NCBI GenBank assembly: GCA_963702425.1
Contig: CAVPCQ010000019.1
Location: 112,704 to 176,703 of the forward strand
Origin: an uncultured Acidobacteriota bacterium
GTDB taxonomy: Bacteria; Acidobacteriota; Polarisedimenticolia; J045
Reading direction: 5' to 3'
DNA length: 64,000 nt
Of this stretch, positions 41,951-52,706 are shown in pieces (the first letter of the stretch is position 1; each line of letters starts with the position of its first letter). The translations under genes were made by a program, and so were the position numbers. Under the pieces are notes generated by a model that did not search any database, had not been told where the DNA came from, and saw only the letters and a list, made by a program, of their open reading frames with translations.

Positions 41951-43180
41951 GTGATGAAGCTCCTGTGGGTAGGACACTTCCTGCCCTGGCCGCTCCGGGG
42001 CGGCTCGAACATCCGCTCGTATCACCTGATTCGCGAGGCCGCTCGAGGAGCCGAGGTCTCCCTACTGAGTTTCAATCAGCGGGATCTTCTCGGCGATGAG
42101 CAGTGCGTCCGGGAGGCCGAGCGTGCGCTCCTGGAACATTGTGTTCGGGTAAAGTCCCTTCCCATCCCGGCGGAAGCAGGCCGGCTGCACCGCGAGCGGG
42201 TCGCACTCCGGAGCCTGTTGCGCGGCGCCTACGATGAGGTGTGGTTCTCCTCCTTCGCAATGCGCCAGGCGATCGCGGACGAATGGCACCGGTTCGCTCC
42301 CGACGTCGTGCACTTCGACACGGTTGGCTTGGCGCAGTATGCGGAGACAGTCCCCGGTCCGGGCCGAGTACTGAACCACCACAACGTGGAATCCCACATG
42401 ATGCGCCGGCGCGCGGAACAGGAGCGCCGGGGCCCGCGTAAAGTGTTCATGGCTCTGCAGGCGCGCCGTCTGGCGGACCTGGAACGGCGCGTGGCCCCGT
42501 GGTTGGCCGCGCACCTCGTGGTCTCGGACCTCGACCGCGAGCGGCTGGCAGCGGTCATTCCCGCCGCACGCTCCTTCGTAATCCCCAACGGCGTCGACCT
42601 GGAGTACTTTGCCCCGGTCCCGCCCACACGCACGTGTCGTCCCGAATCGACGATCTTCGTCGGGGGGCTCAACTGGTACCCGAACCTCAAGGCGGCGCGC
42701 TGGTTTCTGGATCAGGTCTTCCCTCGCGTCGTCGAGTCGCATCCCGCGGCCACATTCACGCTCATCGGCCGGGATCCACCGGGGGACTTGCAGCAGCGCG
42801 CCGCGCGAGACTCGCGCGTCCGCGTGCTGGGTGAGGTGGAGGATATCAGGACGCACGTGCGCGATTGCGCGGTGTACGTTTGCCCGATCCACGACGGCGG
42901 TGGCACTCGGCTGAAGATCCTCGACACGCTGGCCCAGGCGATGCCGTTGGTCGCGACCCGCATGGCGGTCGAAGGGGTCGGCGTGGAAGACGGTGTCCAC
43001 GCCGTACTGGCGGACGATGCCGCGGGCTTCGCCTCCGCAGTGAGCCGGTTGTTTCGCGAACCCGCGCAGGGAGCGGCGCTGGGTCGTGCCGGGCGCGAAC
43101 TCGTGTCCCGTGATTTCAGCTGGGACAGGATCGGCCGTGATCTGCGAGCGGTCTACGCCGCGGCGGCTGGGAGGGGTTGA
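41951..43180 (+). CDS. GT4 glycosyltransferase
   Basis: HHNVES, IPNGVD, GGGTRLKIL. Confidence 0.9.
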   Translation: MMKLLWVGHFLPWPLRGGSNIRSYHLIREAARGAEVSLLSFNQRDLLGDEQCVREAERALLEHCVRVKSLPIPAEAGRLHRERVALRSLLRGAYDEVWFSSFAMRQAIADEWHRFAPDVVHFDTVGLAQYAETVPGPGRVLNHHNVESHMMRRRAEQERRGPRKVFMALQARRLADLERRVAPWLAAHLVVSDLDRERLAAVIPAARSFVIPNGVDLEYFAPVPPTRTCRPESTIFVGGLNWYPNLKAARWFLDQVFPRVVESHPAATFTLIGRDPPGDLQQRAARDSRVRVLGEVEDIRTHVRDCAVYVCPIHDGGGTRLKILDTLAQAMPLVATRMAVEGVGVEDGVHAVLADDAAGFASAVSRLFREPAQGAALGRAGRELVSRDFSWDRIGRDLRAVYAAAAGRG

Positions 43181-43185
43181 GCGCA

Positions 43186-45066
43186 ATGTGTGGACTCGTC
43201 GCCTGGTTGCGGAGGAATCATCCCCAAGCGGTTGAGCGGGACGTGCTGGAACGAGCCACCGCGCTGCTGGCCCACCGAGGGCCGGATGACTCGGGAATCC
43301 TGGTGGATGGCGAGGCGGGCCTTGGGCACCGCAGACTCTCCGTAATCGACCTGGCAGGAGGCCATCAGCCGATGGTCGGCCCCTCCGGCAGGACCTGGAT
43401 CGCGTACAACGGAGAGGTTTTCAACTTCCGAGAGCTGCGCGGTGAGCTCGAGGGACGCGGAGTGCGATTCAGCACCTCGTCGGATACCGAGGTGCTGATC
43501 GGGTTATACGAGGAATTCGGCGTCGAGTTCGTGCAGCGGCTCAACGGGATGTTCGCCGCAGCGATCTGGGATCAGCGCGACCGCTCGCTCGTGTTGATTC
43601 GAGACCGCCTGGGGGTCAAGCCGCTCTACGTGTGGGAGAGTCCCGACGGCGTCGTCGCCGCCTCGGAGATCAAGGCGATCCTGGCTTTTCCGGGCGCTCC
43701 CCGCCAGCTCGAACCCGAATCCCTGGCCGAATTCGTGCGATTTCGTCAACTGAGCGGTGGTCGGACGATGTTTGCCGGCGTCCGGGCGATGGAACCGGGG
43801 ACCGTTGAGGTCTTTCGCCGGGACGCTCACCGGGTCACGCGCTACTGGACCCTGCCACGCCCGGAACCAGCGAGGGCGCCACGCGACCCGCGCGCTGTGG
43901 CGGAGGAGCTGCGAGCACTATTGACCGACGCAGTCCGGTTGCGCCTGGTAGCCGATGTCCCGCTGGGCTCATTCAACAGCGGTGGATTGGATTCGAGCCT
44001 GGTGACCTCGCTGATGGCTCGCGAGGTCAGCGAACCAGTGCGCACCTTCGCCGTAGGCTTCGAGGATCCAGCCTGGGACGAGCGACCTCACGCGCGCCGC
44101 CTGGCGGACGGGCTCAACGTGCTGCACGAGGAGGTGGTTGCCGATGCGGCGGGGTTCGCCCGCGAGCTGCCGTCCAGCATCTGGCACCACGACGAGCCGC
44201 TCAATCACGCGAACTCGGTGCTGATCCGGCGCTTGAGTTGGTACGCTCGCCAGAAAGTGACAGTGGTCCTGACCGGCGAGGGGGCGGACGAGTTCTTCTC
44301 CGGCTATCCCCGGTACCGCCTGCTCAAAGCGCTGGGGACGCTGCGCCGCTGCGGGGCGTGGCCCGAGGCGTTGCTGGCGCCGATGCTGCGGCCTCTGCGC
44401 CAGCGCAAGGCACAGATGATCGCCGGGGTACTTGGGCAGCCGGACGACGTCCTTATTGCAGAGAATGCCGGATATGTCCTGAACCGCGATCTGATCGGGC
44501 TCTGCAACGGCGAGCCGCTTGCTGCGCGTCTGGCCCTGGTGCCGAGGGACGAGGACTTGCTCTGGCGTCTGATGGCCTTCGAGTCCGTCACGTACCTGCA
44601 CAACGTGCTCGAACGTATGGACAAGATGTCGATGGCCCATGGCCTCGAAGCGCGCGTGCCATTCCTCGACTACCGCATTGTCGAGTTCGCCGCACGCTTG
44701 CCGTCAAATGTGCGCGCCCCGGGCTTGCAACGAAAGGCGTTGGTCAAGGCCGCGGCGCGCGGCCTGGTGCCAGACGACATCATCGACCGGCCCAAGTCCG
44801 GGTTCGGAGTGCCTCTCGCGCAGTGGATGCGCCAGGACTCTGCCCTGGGCTGCTACCTCGACATGCTGCTCGAAGCGAGAACGTCGCAGCGGGGGTGGTG
44901 GGATAACCTGCGGCTGCAACGGCTGGTGAAGGAGCACCGCGACGGTGCCGATCACAGCGAGCTACTGTGGGGAATCACGAACTGCGAGCTGTGGGCGCGG
45001 AAATTGTTGGATCAGTCCGATCCGGGCGGCGGTGGCGCAGTCGACCTGGGCCCGGGAACCCGTTGA
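43186..45066 (+). CDS. asnB: Asparagine synthase (glutamine-hydrolysing), EPS amidotransferase type
   Basis: MCG start, HRGPD, RRLSVID, YNGEVFN, SGGLDSS, GEGADE, EARVPFLD. Confidence 0.9.
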   Translation: MCGLVAWLRRNHPQAVERDVLERATALLAHRGPDDSGILVDGEAGLGHRRLSVIDLAGGHQPMVGPSGRTWIAYNGEVFNFRELRGELEGRGVRFSTSSDTEVLIGLYEEFGVEFVQRLNGMFAAAIWDQRDRSLVLIRDRLGVKPLYVWESPDGVVAASEIKAILAFPGAPRQLEPESLAEFVRFRQLSGGRTMFAGVRAMEPGTVEVFRRDAHRVTRYWTLPRPEPARAPRDPRAVAEELRALLTDAVRLRLVADVPLGSFNSGGLDSSLVTSLMAREVSEPVRTFAVGFEDPAWDERPHARRLADGLNVLHEEVVADAAGFARELPSSIWHHDEPLNHANSVLIRRLSWYARQKVTVVLTGEGADEFFSGYPRYRLLKALGTLRRCGAWPEALLAPMLRPLRQRKAQMIAGVLGQPDDVLIAENAGYVLNRDLIGLCNGEPLAARLALVPRDEDLLWRLMAFESVTYLHNVLERMDKMSMAHGLEARVPFLDYRIVEFAARLPSNVRAPGLQRKALVKAAARGLVPDDIIDRPKSGFGVPLAQWMRQDSALGCYLDMLLEARTSQRGWWDNLRLQRLVKEHRDGADHSELLWGITNCELWARKLLDQSDPGGGGAVDLGPGTR

Positions 45067-45290
45067 GACGAGGTCCGCGGACGCGGGGTGATCCGACCAT
45101 TGGCCCGTTTCCCCTCCGGCGTGAGTCGAACGGCCCGGCAGGCTCAACGACACGACGCGGGCGCTCTTCTTGCCCTGCGACCGCCGCGGGACGATCCGCG
45201 AGATCGCGCGCGCGAGGATCGAGCGATTCAAGGTCACGGAACACCAGGCGCACGGCGACGCGCGGGCCACGCTGTCGAAGTCGGCCGCTC

Positions 45291-46535
45291 TCAGGATCGC
45301 CACGCCCAGCCCAGCGCGCCGAGGCGTTCGCGCCAGCGGGTCACCTTCGCCCCGTCCCATCCCAGCAGGAGCACCGTCGTTACGAACAGCGCGGCCAGCG
45401 CTTTCGCGCGCAGAAGTGCCCGCTCTGCTTCGCCACGCACCGCCGCGTCCGCACCGAACTCGCGCAGCACCCGGCGGACCAGGAACGCCGCGCCCCCTCC
45501 GGGGGGATCGATCAGGCAAAGGTGCGAAACGTGCTCGAGCGGCCACCACGGTTCGTCCTCGAGGGGCAGGGAAGCGCCCAGGCTCAGGGCGTGGTCGGCC
45601 AGGCGGCGCCGGAGGGCCGTACGCGGCCAGGGGGACCGGGGGGGCGAGGGAGGGACTGCGGTGCCCCAGAGCGACGCGGAAAGCCCCAGCACGTGCCTGA
45701 GGAATCCGCGGGCCCCCGCCTGGTCGGCGACCGCAGCCAGGCGGCAGTCGCCGCCGCCGTCGTTGGCACAGCCGGCCCCCGCCGCCATCCGAGATCGGGC
45801 CACGTCGGACAGGTCACGGATCGCCTGCCCCGGTCCTTGACAGGCGTGCCAGGCGAGGTACACCACCTCGTCGTCCGCGGGCGGGAGCAGAACGGTCCCC
45901 GCGCGGATTTCCGCGCTCCGGGCCTCGCGCCACCAGCGCTCGACGTCGAACCGCACGGGGGAGTCGCCCGGCGTGACCTCCCAATGCAACTCGATCATCC
46001 GGCCCACCCGCCGCTCCGGGTGGATCCACGACGCGTGGAACGGCTCGAACGGCATACGTCTGCCGGAGGTGAGCCGGAACCCCGCTTCGGCGAGCACGCG
46101 CTCGGCCGCCGGCTGATCCGCTCGTCGCACCAGCAGGTCGATGTCCCGGGCCGCGCGCAGCCACGGCAGGCGGTAGAACCGCTCCGCCAGCGCAAGCCCC
46201 TTCAACGCGATCACCGGGATCCCGTGGCGGCGGAATCCGTCAAGCACCTGACCGGCGACGACGACCTGCGTCAGGCAATTCGTCTGGGCGTCCGCAACGA
46301 GCGCCTCGAATGCCTCGCGATCGCGCGCCGGCACGATCTCCTGCGGTGCGCGCTCGAGCACGAATTCCGCAACGATCGGCGCGGCGCGGTGAAGTGACGC
46401 GACCGTGCGCAGCCGCGTCCAGTCGATGCCGGAGAAGTCGGCCGGGCCGAGTGGCCCTGCGTCGCGGTGCGGATCGCACGCCATGGCGACGAGATGGAGC
46501 TCGGGGGCGGCCACGTGATTCGATGAGCGCTTCAT
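45291..46535 (-). CDS. Nucleotidyltransferase family protein (NTP_transf_5-like)
   Basis: ALKGLAL...RAARDIDLLV, IELHW. Confidence 0.8.
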   Translation of the reverse strand: MKRSSNHVAAPELHLVAMACDPHRDAGPLGPADFSGIDWTRLRTVASLHRAAPIVAEFVLERAPQEIVPARDREAFEALVADAQTNCLTQVVVAGQVLDGFRRHGIPVIALKGLALAERFYRLPWLRAARDIDLLVRRADQPAAERVLAEAGFRLTSGRRMPFEPFHASWIHPERRVGRMIELHWEVTPGDSPVRFDVERWWREARSAEIRAGTVLLPPADDEVVYLAWHACQGPGQAIRDLSDVARSRMAAGAGCANDGGGDCRLAAVADQAGARGFLRHVLGLSASLWGTAVPPSPPRSPWPRTALRRRLADHALSLGASLPLEDEPWWPLEHVSHLCLIDPPGGGAAFLVRRVLREFGADAAVRGEAERALLRAKALAALFVTTVLLLGWDGAKVTRWRERLGALGWAWRS

Positions 46536-47606
46536 GGCGCTGGAAGCCTAGCATTGCGCCGGCCGCAGGCGGGCCGCAGCGTTTCGTGCCCGCGCCTCGA
46601 GAGCCTCCACGGCGAGCGCCCGTCGTCGGGCCGAGAGTGCTGCAGCTCGTCGGCGACGGGCGGGCCCGCGATGCGGCGAAAGCGCTGCTCGAGCAGCCGA
46701 CAAGACAGCGAGCACCGCAGTTCAGGACCGGCTCCACTGCCGCACTCCAGGACCAGGACTCCGTGCGTGCTCGGGGAACCACATCACGATCACTCGGGCT
46801 GACCTGATTGGGGGGAAGGGCATGCGCACCGCCGCGATCCGGAACGGGGCCTGTGACCTCTGGTCGCTTCAGCCTGCGCAGCGCCGGGCGTCTTTTCCGC
46901 CGCGTTGGCGAGTTGGCGAGCGTCGGCGCCGCTTCACGACCCGGAGGCGGTTCACCTGCGGGATCTCTCGCCGGGCTGGAGGGACGACTCTTGCAAGGCG
47001 CCCGCCGCTGGATCACTGGGGGCCTCCTGTTCCGGAGCGATCGTCCCGGGCGAGCCGCCCCGGCCGGCCAGGCGGATTGGGGAGGGCATCCCTGCGGTCA
47101 CCGCGCGGCATGGGCCGACCTTTTCGCTGCGCTTTCGTCAGTCAGCGCTCCGAGCCGGGGCCAGTGCCTCGCGTCCCATCGCTCCCGGGTGTCCTCTTCC
47201 GGACACCCGGGGAATGTGCCGGATAAAGGCTGATAAGCCGGAACGATTCCGGATTTTTGAGTCTTCTTTCGGTTGAGAATCTGAAGAATCGGCGTATAGT
47301 CCCCAGCTAGGAACGCGCGTCTCTTGACCTTCCGGGGACTCAGAGACCGGTTCCGATGGGACGGGAAAAGAGCCTCGCATCCGGCGCCTTGGAGAAATAC
47401 GGGCGTTGGGAAAACGTCGGCGGCTGGCCACGAAGGAAAACCGACGACGTCCGCGATGCAGGGGCCGGGGTTTCACCGGAATAGACGTGCCAACCCTATG
47501 GGGGGGTGGAGCGGCTGGGGCCGCTCCCGCCGAAGCGCTTCGCTTGGCGAACCGTCGAAGACAGACGGTGCCTCCTCGACGACGCCCGACGCCGTATGGG
47601 GTGACG

Positions 47607-48617
47607 ATGAGCGCAACGCGCGAGACGGTTTCGACCGACAGGCCTAGTGTCGTTGTAATTGGTGATGGAGCCAAGGCGCGCCAGTGCGCGCACGCGCTCA
47701 TCAATCATGGGCGAGGACGGTTCCGGCTCGCCGGCGTGGTCAGGCCCGCGGATGCGGAGCGGTTCTTCTTCCCCCCCCCGGCGGACCACCCGGATGTCGA
47801 GCGCGATCTCCGCGGCAAGGGTGATGTCGCGCTGAAGCGGCTGCCGGCGCGGGTCGTCGTGGCCCTCGACGATCGTCGCGGGAGCATGCCGGTCCACAAG
47901 CTCATCGACCTGCGCTTCCGCGGGGTCGAAGTTCAGGACGTGGCGACGTTCCTCGAGGAGTTGACGGGGAAGATCCCGGTCCTTTCGATCCACCCCGCCG
48001 ACCTGGCCTACGGGCCGGGCTTCCGTCTGTCGCGGGCCAAGACCATCGCGAAGGTCGGGGGCGAGTACCTGCTCGCGATCGCCATGTGCGCGTTCGCGCT
48101 GCCGATCATCGCGTTGGCGGCTCTGGGCGTCCTGATCGAAACCGGGCGTCCGATCTTCTACACTCAGGAGCGAGTCGGCCTGCGCGGCCGGATCTTCCGC
48201 GTGATCAAACTCCGTACCATGGTGAAGGACGCCGAGAAGAACGGCCCGCAGTTCTCCCGCTCGGACGACGCCCGGATCACCCGGTTCGGACGCTTTCTGC
48301 GCCAGTCTCGCATCGACGAGCTGCCCCAGCTGATCAACGTGCTGAAGGGAGAAATGGCGCTGGTCGGCCCGCGTCCGGAACGGCCGATCTTCGTGGAGCA
48401 GTACCACGAGTTGACGCCCTACTTCGTCTTCCGCCACTCCGTCCGTCCCGGCGTCACCGGCTGGGCACAGGTGTGCTACGGCTACACCGCCGGAAACGAT
48501 GAGGCGCTCGAGAAGCTCTCCTACGACCTCTACTACATCAAGAACTTCTCGCCTTGGCTCGACTTCCGCATCCTGGTGAAGACCGTTCGAACCGTACTCG
48601 GAATGGAGGGCCTATGA
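47607..48617 (+). CDS. Priming sugar (phosphoglycosyl) transferase
   Basis: FYTQERVG, KLRTM, RIDELPQLINVLKGEMALVGPRPE, PGVTGWAQV, YDLYYIKN. Confidence 0.92.
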   Translation: MSATRETVSTDRPSVVVIGDGAKARQCAHALINHGRGRFRLAGVVRPADAERFFFPPPADHPDVERDLRGKGDVALKRLPARVVVALDDRRGSMPVHKLIDLRFRGVEVQDVATFLEELTGKIPVLSIHPADLAYGPGFRLSRAKTIAKVGGEYLLAIAMCAFALPIIALAALGVLIETGRPIFYTQERVGLRGRIFRVIKLRTMVKDAEKNGPQFSRSDDARITRFGRFLRQSRIDELPQLINVLKGEMALVGPRPERPIFVEQYHELTPYFVFRHSVRPGVTGWAQVCYGYTAGNDEALEKLSYDLYYIKNFSPWLDFRILVKTVRTVLGMEGL

Positions 48618-49588
48618 GCTCCGTTCCCCGAGCGCTGCAGGGCGGCCCGGCGCTCGTCAGGGCCGAGCCTGCTGAGGCCCAACTCTACGCCGCACCGTCA
48701 CCGCCGATCGTCTTCACCGTTGACGTCGAGGACTACTTTCAGGTCGCGGCGTTCCGGTCGATCGTGCGCCCCGAGGACTGGGCGTACTACCCGTCGCGTG
48801 TCGAAGACAACGTCTCGCGGCTGCTCGATCTCTGCGACGAGCACGGCGTCCGTGGCACGTGGTTCGTGCTCGGCTGGGAAGCGACGCAGCGCCCGCAGAT
48901 GGTGCGCCGCATCGTCGACCGGGGACATGAGGTCGGCTGCCATTCGTACTGGCACCGACCGGTCTTCGAACTGACGCCGCGGGTCTTCCGCGACGACACT
49001 CTGCTGGCCAAGGACGCGATCGAGCAGGCCAGCGGCACCGAGGTCACGGGGTACCGCGCACCGTCCTTCTCCATTCGCCGCGACAGCTGGTGGGCGCTGG
49101 GGATCCTGGCGGAACTGGGGTTCCGGTACGACTCGAGCGTCTTCCCCGTCCTGCACCCGCACTACGGCATCCCGGATGCCCCACCGCACCCGTACGCGAT
49201 ACGGACGAGGACGGGGCTCCTTTGGGAACTCCCGCCGGCGACCGCTCCCGCGTTCGGACGCCGCTGGCCGGTGGCGGGCGGGGCGTACATGCGACAGCTT
49301 CCCGCGGCGTTCTGCCGGTGGGGGGTGGCGCACCTTCGCCAACGGGAGGGGCACGCGGCCGTCCTGTACGTGCATCCCTGGGAGATCGATCCCGATCAGC
49401 CGCGGCTCCGAGCGGGGTGGGTGACGCGTTCGCGGCACTACAGAAACCTCGGCGGCATGATGTCGAGGCTGACAGCGATCCTCGCGAAGGGCCCCTTCGA
49501 AACGGCGTCGGAGAGGATCCAGTCGCTGCACCGGGCCCCGGAGCTCACGTGGGGCGAAGGGACGGTGCCGGTCCGCAGCATCGCCTAG
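48614..49588 (+). CDS. Polysaccharide deacetylase, XrtA-associated (DUF3473) type
   Basis: TVDVEDYFQV, GYRAPSFS, YVHPWEIDPDQPR. Confidence 0.9.
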   Translation: MSSVPRALQGGPALVRAEPAEAQLYAAPSPPIVFTVDVEDYFQVAAFRSIVRPEDWAYYPSRVEDNVSRLLDLCDEHGVRGTWFVLGWEATQRPQMVRRIVDRGHEVGCHSYWHRPVFELTPRVFRDDTLLAKDAIEQASGTEVTGYRAPSFSIRRDSWWALGILAELGFRYDSSVFPVLHPHYGIPDAPPHPYAIRTRTGLLWELPPATAPAFGRRWPVAGGAYMRQLPAAFCRWGVAHLRQREGHAAVLYVHPWEIDPDQPRLRAGWVTRSRHYRNLGGMMSRLTAILAKGPFETASERIQSLHRAPELTWGEGTVPVRSIA

Positions 49589-49655
49589 CGAGCCACTTGC
49601 CCGGCCCGGAGGGGCGAGCACTCCTCGCGAGGCCGCGGCGGAACGTCGCAGCCGG

Positions 49656-50864
49656 CTACCCCCTCCGCAGCGCCGCCAGTAGCCAGGTGATCCCGATCCA
49701 CTGTCCGATCGCCGTCCCGATCGTCGCCATCACGCTGACCAGCAGCACGCGCAGGAAGCGGTTGCGGTAGATCCCGCGCAGCGACTTGAAGTCCTCGCGC
49801 ACCGTCTCGCAGTCGGCCACGGTCGGCTTGCGCAGCCAGGCCTCGACCAGCCCGAGCAGCATCCCCGAGGCGAGCGTCGGGTTGAGCGCCGCCGCCGGGC
49901 CCAACACCAGGCCCGACAGCGCGGTCAAGATGCGCGAGCCGCCGAGCAGCGAGAAGACCGTCGTGCCGACCGCGACCGGCACGCCCCAGGCCGTGACCAG
50001 CTCCATCAGGCCCTGGCCGGAGTGCTCGCGGTACCCGAACGCGAACGCCCCGAGGATCAGCGCCGGGATCGCCCACTTCACGACCGTCATCCAGCGCGAC
50101 GGCGGCGGGATCGTCGAGAGCGCGGCGAAGTCGACCGGTTGCCCGAGACGCGCGACCATTCCGGCAACGTGCGCCGCGCCGACGACGGCGACGACCGTCT
50201 CGCCCGGCGCCTCGGCGGCGCGGCCGGCGAGCCACGCGTCGCGCTCGTCGATCAGCGGCTCCTTGATCTGCGGCAGCTCCTCGGCGAACTCCTTCATCAT
50301 CGTCGAGAGCGCCTCGCCGCGCCGCAGCTCCTCGAGCTGTTCCTCCGTGATCTCCTCGTGCTTGAAGAACCCCTCGATCAGCGCGCCCAGCAGCTTGGCG
50401 CGATCCCAGAGCGACAGTCGGCCCCAGACCCGCTTGAGCGTCACCTGGATGTCGCGGTCGGCGAGCACCAGCTTCGCGCCGGTCTCCTTCGCGGCGTTCA
50501 CGGCGGCGAGCAGCTCGGCTCCCGGCTTGACGCCGAAGCGCTCGCCCAGCTTCGCCTGCCAAGTGGAGAGCGCGAGCGAGGCCAGCAGGAACGGGACCTT
50601 CCCCTGCCGGATGACCTGGAAGATGTCGAGCTTCTTCCAGCGCTCCTCGTCGGTCATCGCGGCCAGGCGGTTCTCGTCCAGCTCGACCGCGACCGAGTCG
50701 GGCCGGACACGCTCGATCACCTCGCGCACCTCGCGCACGCTCTCCGGGGAGACGTGCGCGGTGCCGACGATGTGGATCGTCTTGCCGCCCGAGCGGACGG
50801 TCGTCACCGACTCCGGCAGCGGCGGATCGAACGGCGAGGGCCGCTCGGTGCGGAGGTCGGTCAA
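49656..50864 (-). CDS. TraB/PrgY family protein
   Basis: IVGTAHVS, VAVELD, DRDIQVTL, LIDERD, VVGAAH; TTG start inferred. Confidence 0.88.
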   Translation of the reverse strand: MTDLRTERPSPFDPPLPESVTTVRSGGKTIHIVGTAHVSPESVREVREVIERVRPDSVAVELDENRLAAMTDEERWKKLDIFQVIRQGKVPFLLASLALSTWQAKLGERFGVKPGAELLAAVNAAKETGAKLVLADRDIQVTLKRVWGRLSLWDRAKLLGALIEGFFKHEEITEEQLEELRRGEALSTMMKEFAEELPQIKEPLIDERDAWLAGRAAEAPGETVVAVVGAAHVAGMVARLGQPVDFAALSTIPPPSRWMTVVKWAIPALILGAFAFGYREHSGQGLMELVTAWGVPVAVGTTVFSLLGGSRILTALSGLVLGPAAALNPTLASGMLLGLVEAWLRKPTVADCETVREDFKSLRGIYRNRFLRVLLVSVMATIGTAIGQWIGITWLLAALRRG

Positions 50865-50875
50865 GACGGCGGCGC

Positions 50876-51739
50876 CTACTTGGGGAACAGGAGCTGGAGC
50901 TGGATCCGAAGCTGCCAGTCGGCCGCCGGCACGTTGTCCGGCTTGACGACGTTGTAGTAGGCGTCGACCGACGCGTTCATCGCCTGCTTGCCGGCGTGGA
51001 AGATCTTCCCGACGCCGCCGCCGATCGGGACGGTCCAGCGGTCGTCGCTCGAGGCCTCCCAGTTGGCGGTGTTGATCGGGGCCGTCGTGACGTACCACCC
51101 CTTTGCGAAGTTGTAGTTGATGAAGTACTGCAGCAGCATCGCGTTGACGTCGGCGCGGTTCGAACTGCCGGCGTATGACCACTGGTTGTTGATCAGCGCG
51201 CCGACGACCCAGTGCCCCGGCATCGTCAGGACGACGAAGGCCGGGCCGGCGCTCCATTTCCCCGAGCCCAGCACGTCGTCGGTGGCGGTCGGAAAGGTGA
51301 AGGTCGGACCGACGCCCCAGATCACCTTGCCCGACTTGGCCGGCGAGAAGTAGAGGGTCTCGTTGAGGTCCCCCAGCCCGAAGGCCCCGTTGACGTTGAC
51401 GTCCTCGACGACGCCCGGCGACACCGTGACCGGCAGCGTCAGGTCGGGCTGGTAGACCACCGGCAGGATCGTCCGGGTGATCAGGTTCCAGTCCGGCGCG
51501 ATGCGGAACGGCCAGACCGGCTGGATGTTGAGGATGTTCTGGACGTCGTCGTCCGGGCCGTAGTCGAAGTTGGTGTTGTTCTGGAACGGGAGGCTGATCA
51601 TGTCGGCGACCGGGTTCTGTGCCGCCTTGGCCAGCTCCTCGGTCGACTTCTGCGCCTGCGCCTGCGCGGGCGTGCCGGCGAGACCGGCCGCGAGCGCGAA
51701 GGCCGATGCCAGGATCGCTGCGTTTCGTCCAGTCAGCAT
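50876..51739 (-). CDS. Outer-membrane beta-barrel (MetA-pathway/neuromedin U-like family)
   Basis: Signal peptide, ELAKAAQNPVADMISLPFQNN, C-terminal LQLLFPK. Confidence 0.75.
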   Translation of the reverse strand: MLTGRNAAILASAFALAAGLAGTPAQAQAQKSTEELAKAAQNPVADMISLPFQNNTNFDYGPDDDVQNILNIQPVWPFRIAPDWNLITRTILPVVYQPDLTLPVTVSPGVVEDVNVNGAFGLGDLNETLYFSPAKSGKVIWGVGPTFTFPTATDDVLGSGKWSAGPAFVVLTMPGHWVVGALINNQWSYAGSSNRADVNAMLLQYFINYNFAKGWYVTTAPINTANWEASSDDRWTVPIGGGVGKIFHAGKQAMNASVDAYYNVVKPDNVPAADWQLRIQLQLLFPK

Positions 51740-51863
51740 TGAGACCCCCTCGAGGCGTGCCGGACACGGCCGCCCCCGGATTGGTGTCGAGCGGGGAATG
51801 ATAGACGGGCGGGGGCGCAACCCGCCACGGGCGGTGGGCGTCTCCGGCCGGGCCGCAGCGCGC

Positions 51864-52706
51864 CTACACCGCCGCCGCGACCGAGTCCTCGAGCGTGATC
51901 TCGAGTTCCGCCAGCACGACCTCGGTCGCCCCCAGCTGATGCGCCTCGGCGGTGGCCGACAACACGATCGACGGGTCGTGCGCGATCCCGATCCCCAGCC
52001 GGTGGCAGGCCTCATTGGCCAGCCGGACGATCAAGAGCGGCGTGTTCGCCGGGTCGATCTCCTCGGTGTGGTGGTCGCGCACGATGACGCGGTAGACCTC
52101 TGGGAGGTTCCACTCCTCGAGCAGCCGGTGGCCCTGGTCGGTGTGGGCGGTCAGCAGCAGCTCGTGCAGCAGCTCCGACGGCAGTTCGAGCTTCCCCTTG
52201 GCCTCGGCCTGCATCTCGTCCAGCACGCGGGCCAGGAAGAGCATCCCGACGTCGTGGATCAGACCGCCGACGAAGACCTCCTCCTCGAGGGAGCGGTGAC
52301 CCAGCTTGTGCGCCAGCCAGCGCGACGAGAGCGCGCAGGCCGAGGCGTGCGACCAGAGCGTCTGCATCAGCTCGGCGATCTGCGGATTCCGGGCGGTATA
52401 GCGGCTGCGCTCGGACGCCAGCAGCACGAGCTGGGCGACCTGCTTCAGGCCCAGCCGGACGATCGCCGCGCGCACGGTCGTGATCTGCGCGAGGCCGCCG
52501 AAGAACGGCGAGTTTGCGGCGCGCAGCACCTCGGCCGCCAGCGCCTGGTCCGACTGGATCAGCCGCTCGACCTCGGCGACCTCGAAGTCGTCGCCCTTGG
52601 CGATCGACTGGATCTTGATCGCCACGTCGTTGAAGACGGGAAGCTTGAGGTCGTTCTTGGTGGCGAACTCGGTCACTTGACGGAGCAGCGGGAGTTCCTG
52701 GCTCAT
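51864..52706 (-). CDS. HDOD domain protein
   Basis: DQALAAEVLRAANS, GLIHDVG, WNLP..DHH; ATGA-coupled to the GspE gene. Confidence 0.9.
   Translation of the reverse strand: MSQELPLLRQVTEFATKNDLKLPVFNDVAIKIQSIAKGDDFEVAEVERLIQSDQALAAEVLRAANSPFFGGLAQITTVRAAIVRLGLKQVAQLVLLASERSRYTARNPQIAELMQTLWSHASACALSSRWLAHKLGHRSLEEEVFVGGLIHDVGMLFLARVLDEMQAEAKGKLELPSELLHELLLTAHTDQGHRLLEEWNLPEVYRVIVRDHHTEEIDPANTPLLIVRLANEACHRLGIGIAHDPSIVLSATAEAHQLGATEVVLAELEITLEDSVAAAV

Noticed and set aside
43186-46535. Lasso-peptide cluster (AsnB-like plus nucleotidyltransferase)
   Set aside because: AsnB has an intact N-terminal Cys glutaminase domain and is coupled to GT genes; no B1/B2 proteins or precursor seen.
46540-47600. 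ORFs or ncRNA in the 1-kb divergent intergenic region
   Set aside because: Only low-complexity Arg/Pro/Ala-rich ORFs and no recognisable RNA or sigma-54 motif; likely promoter DNA.
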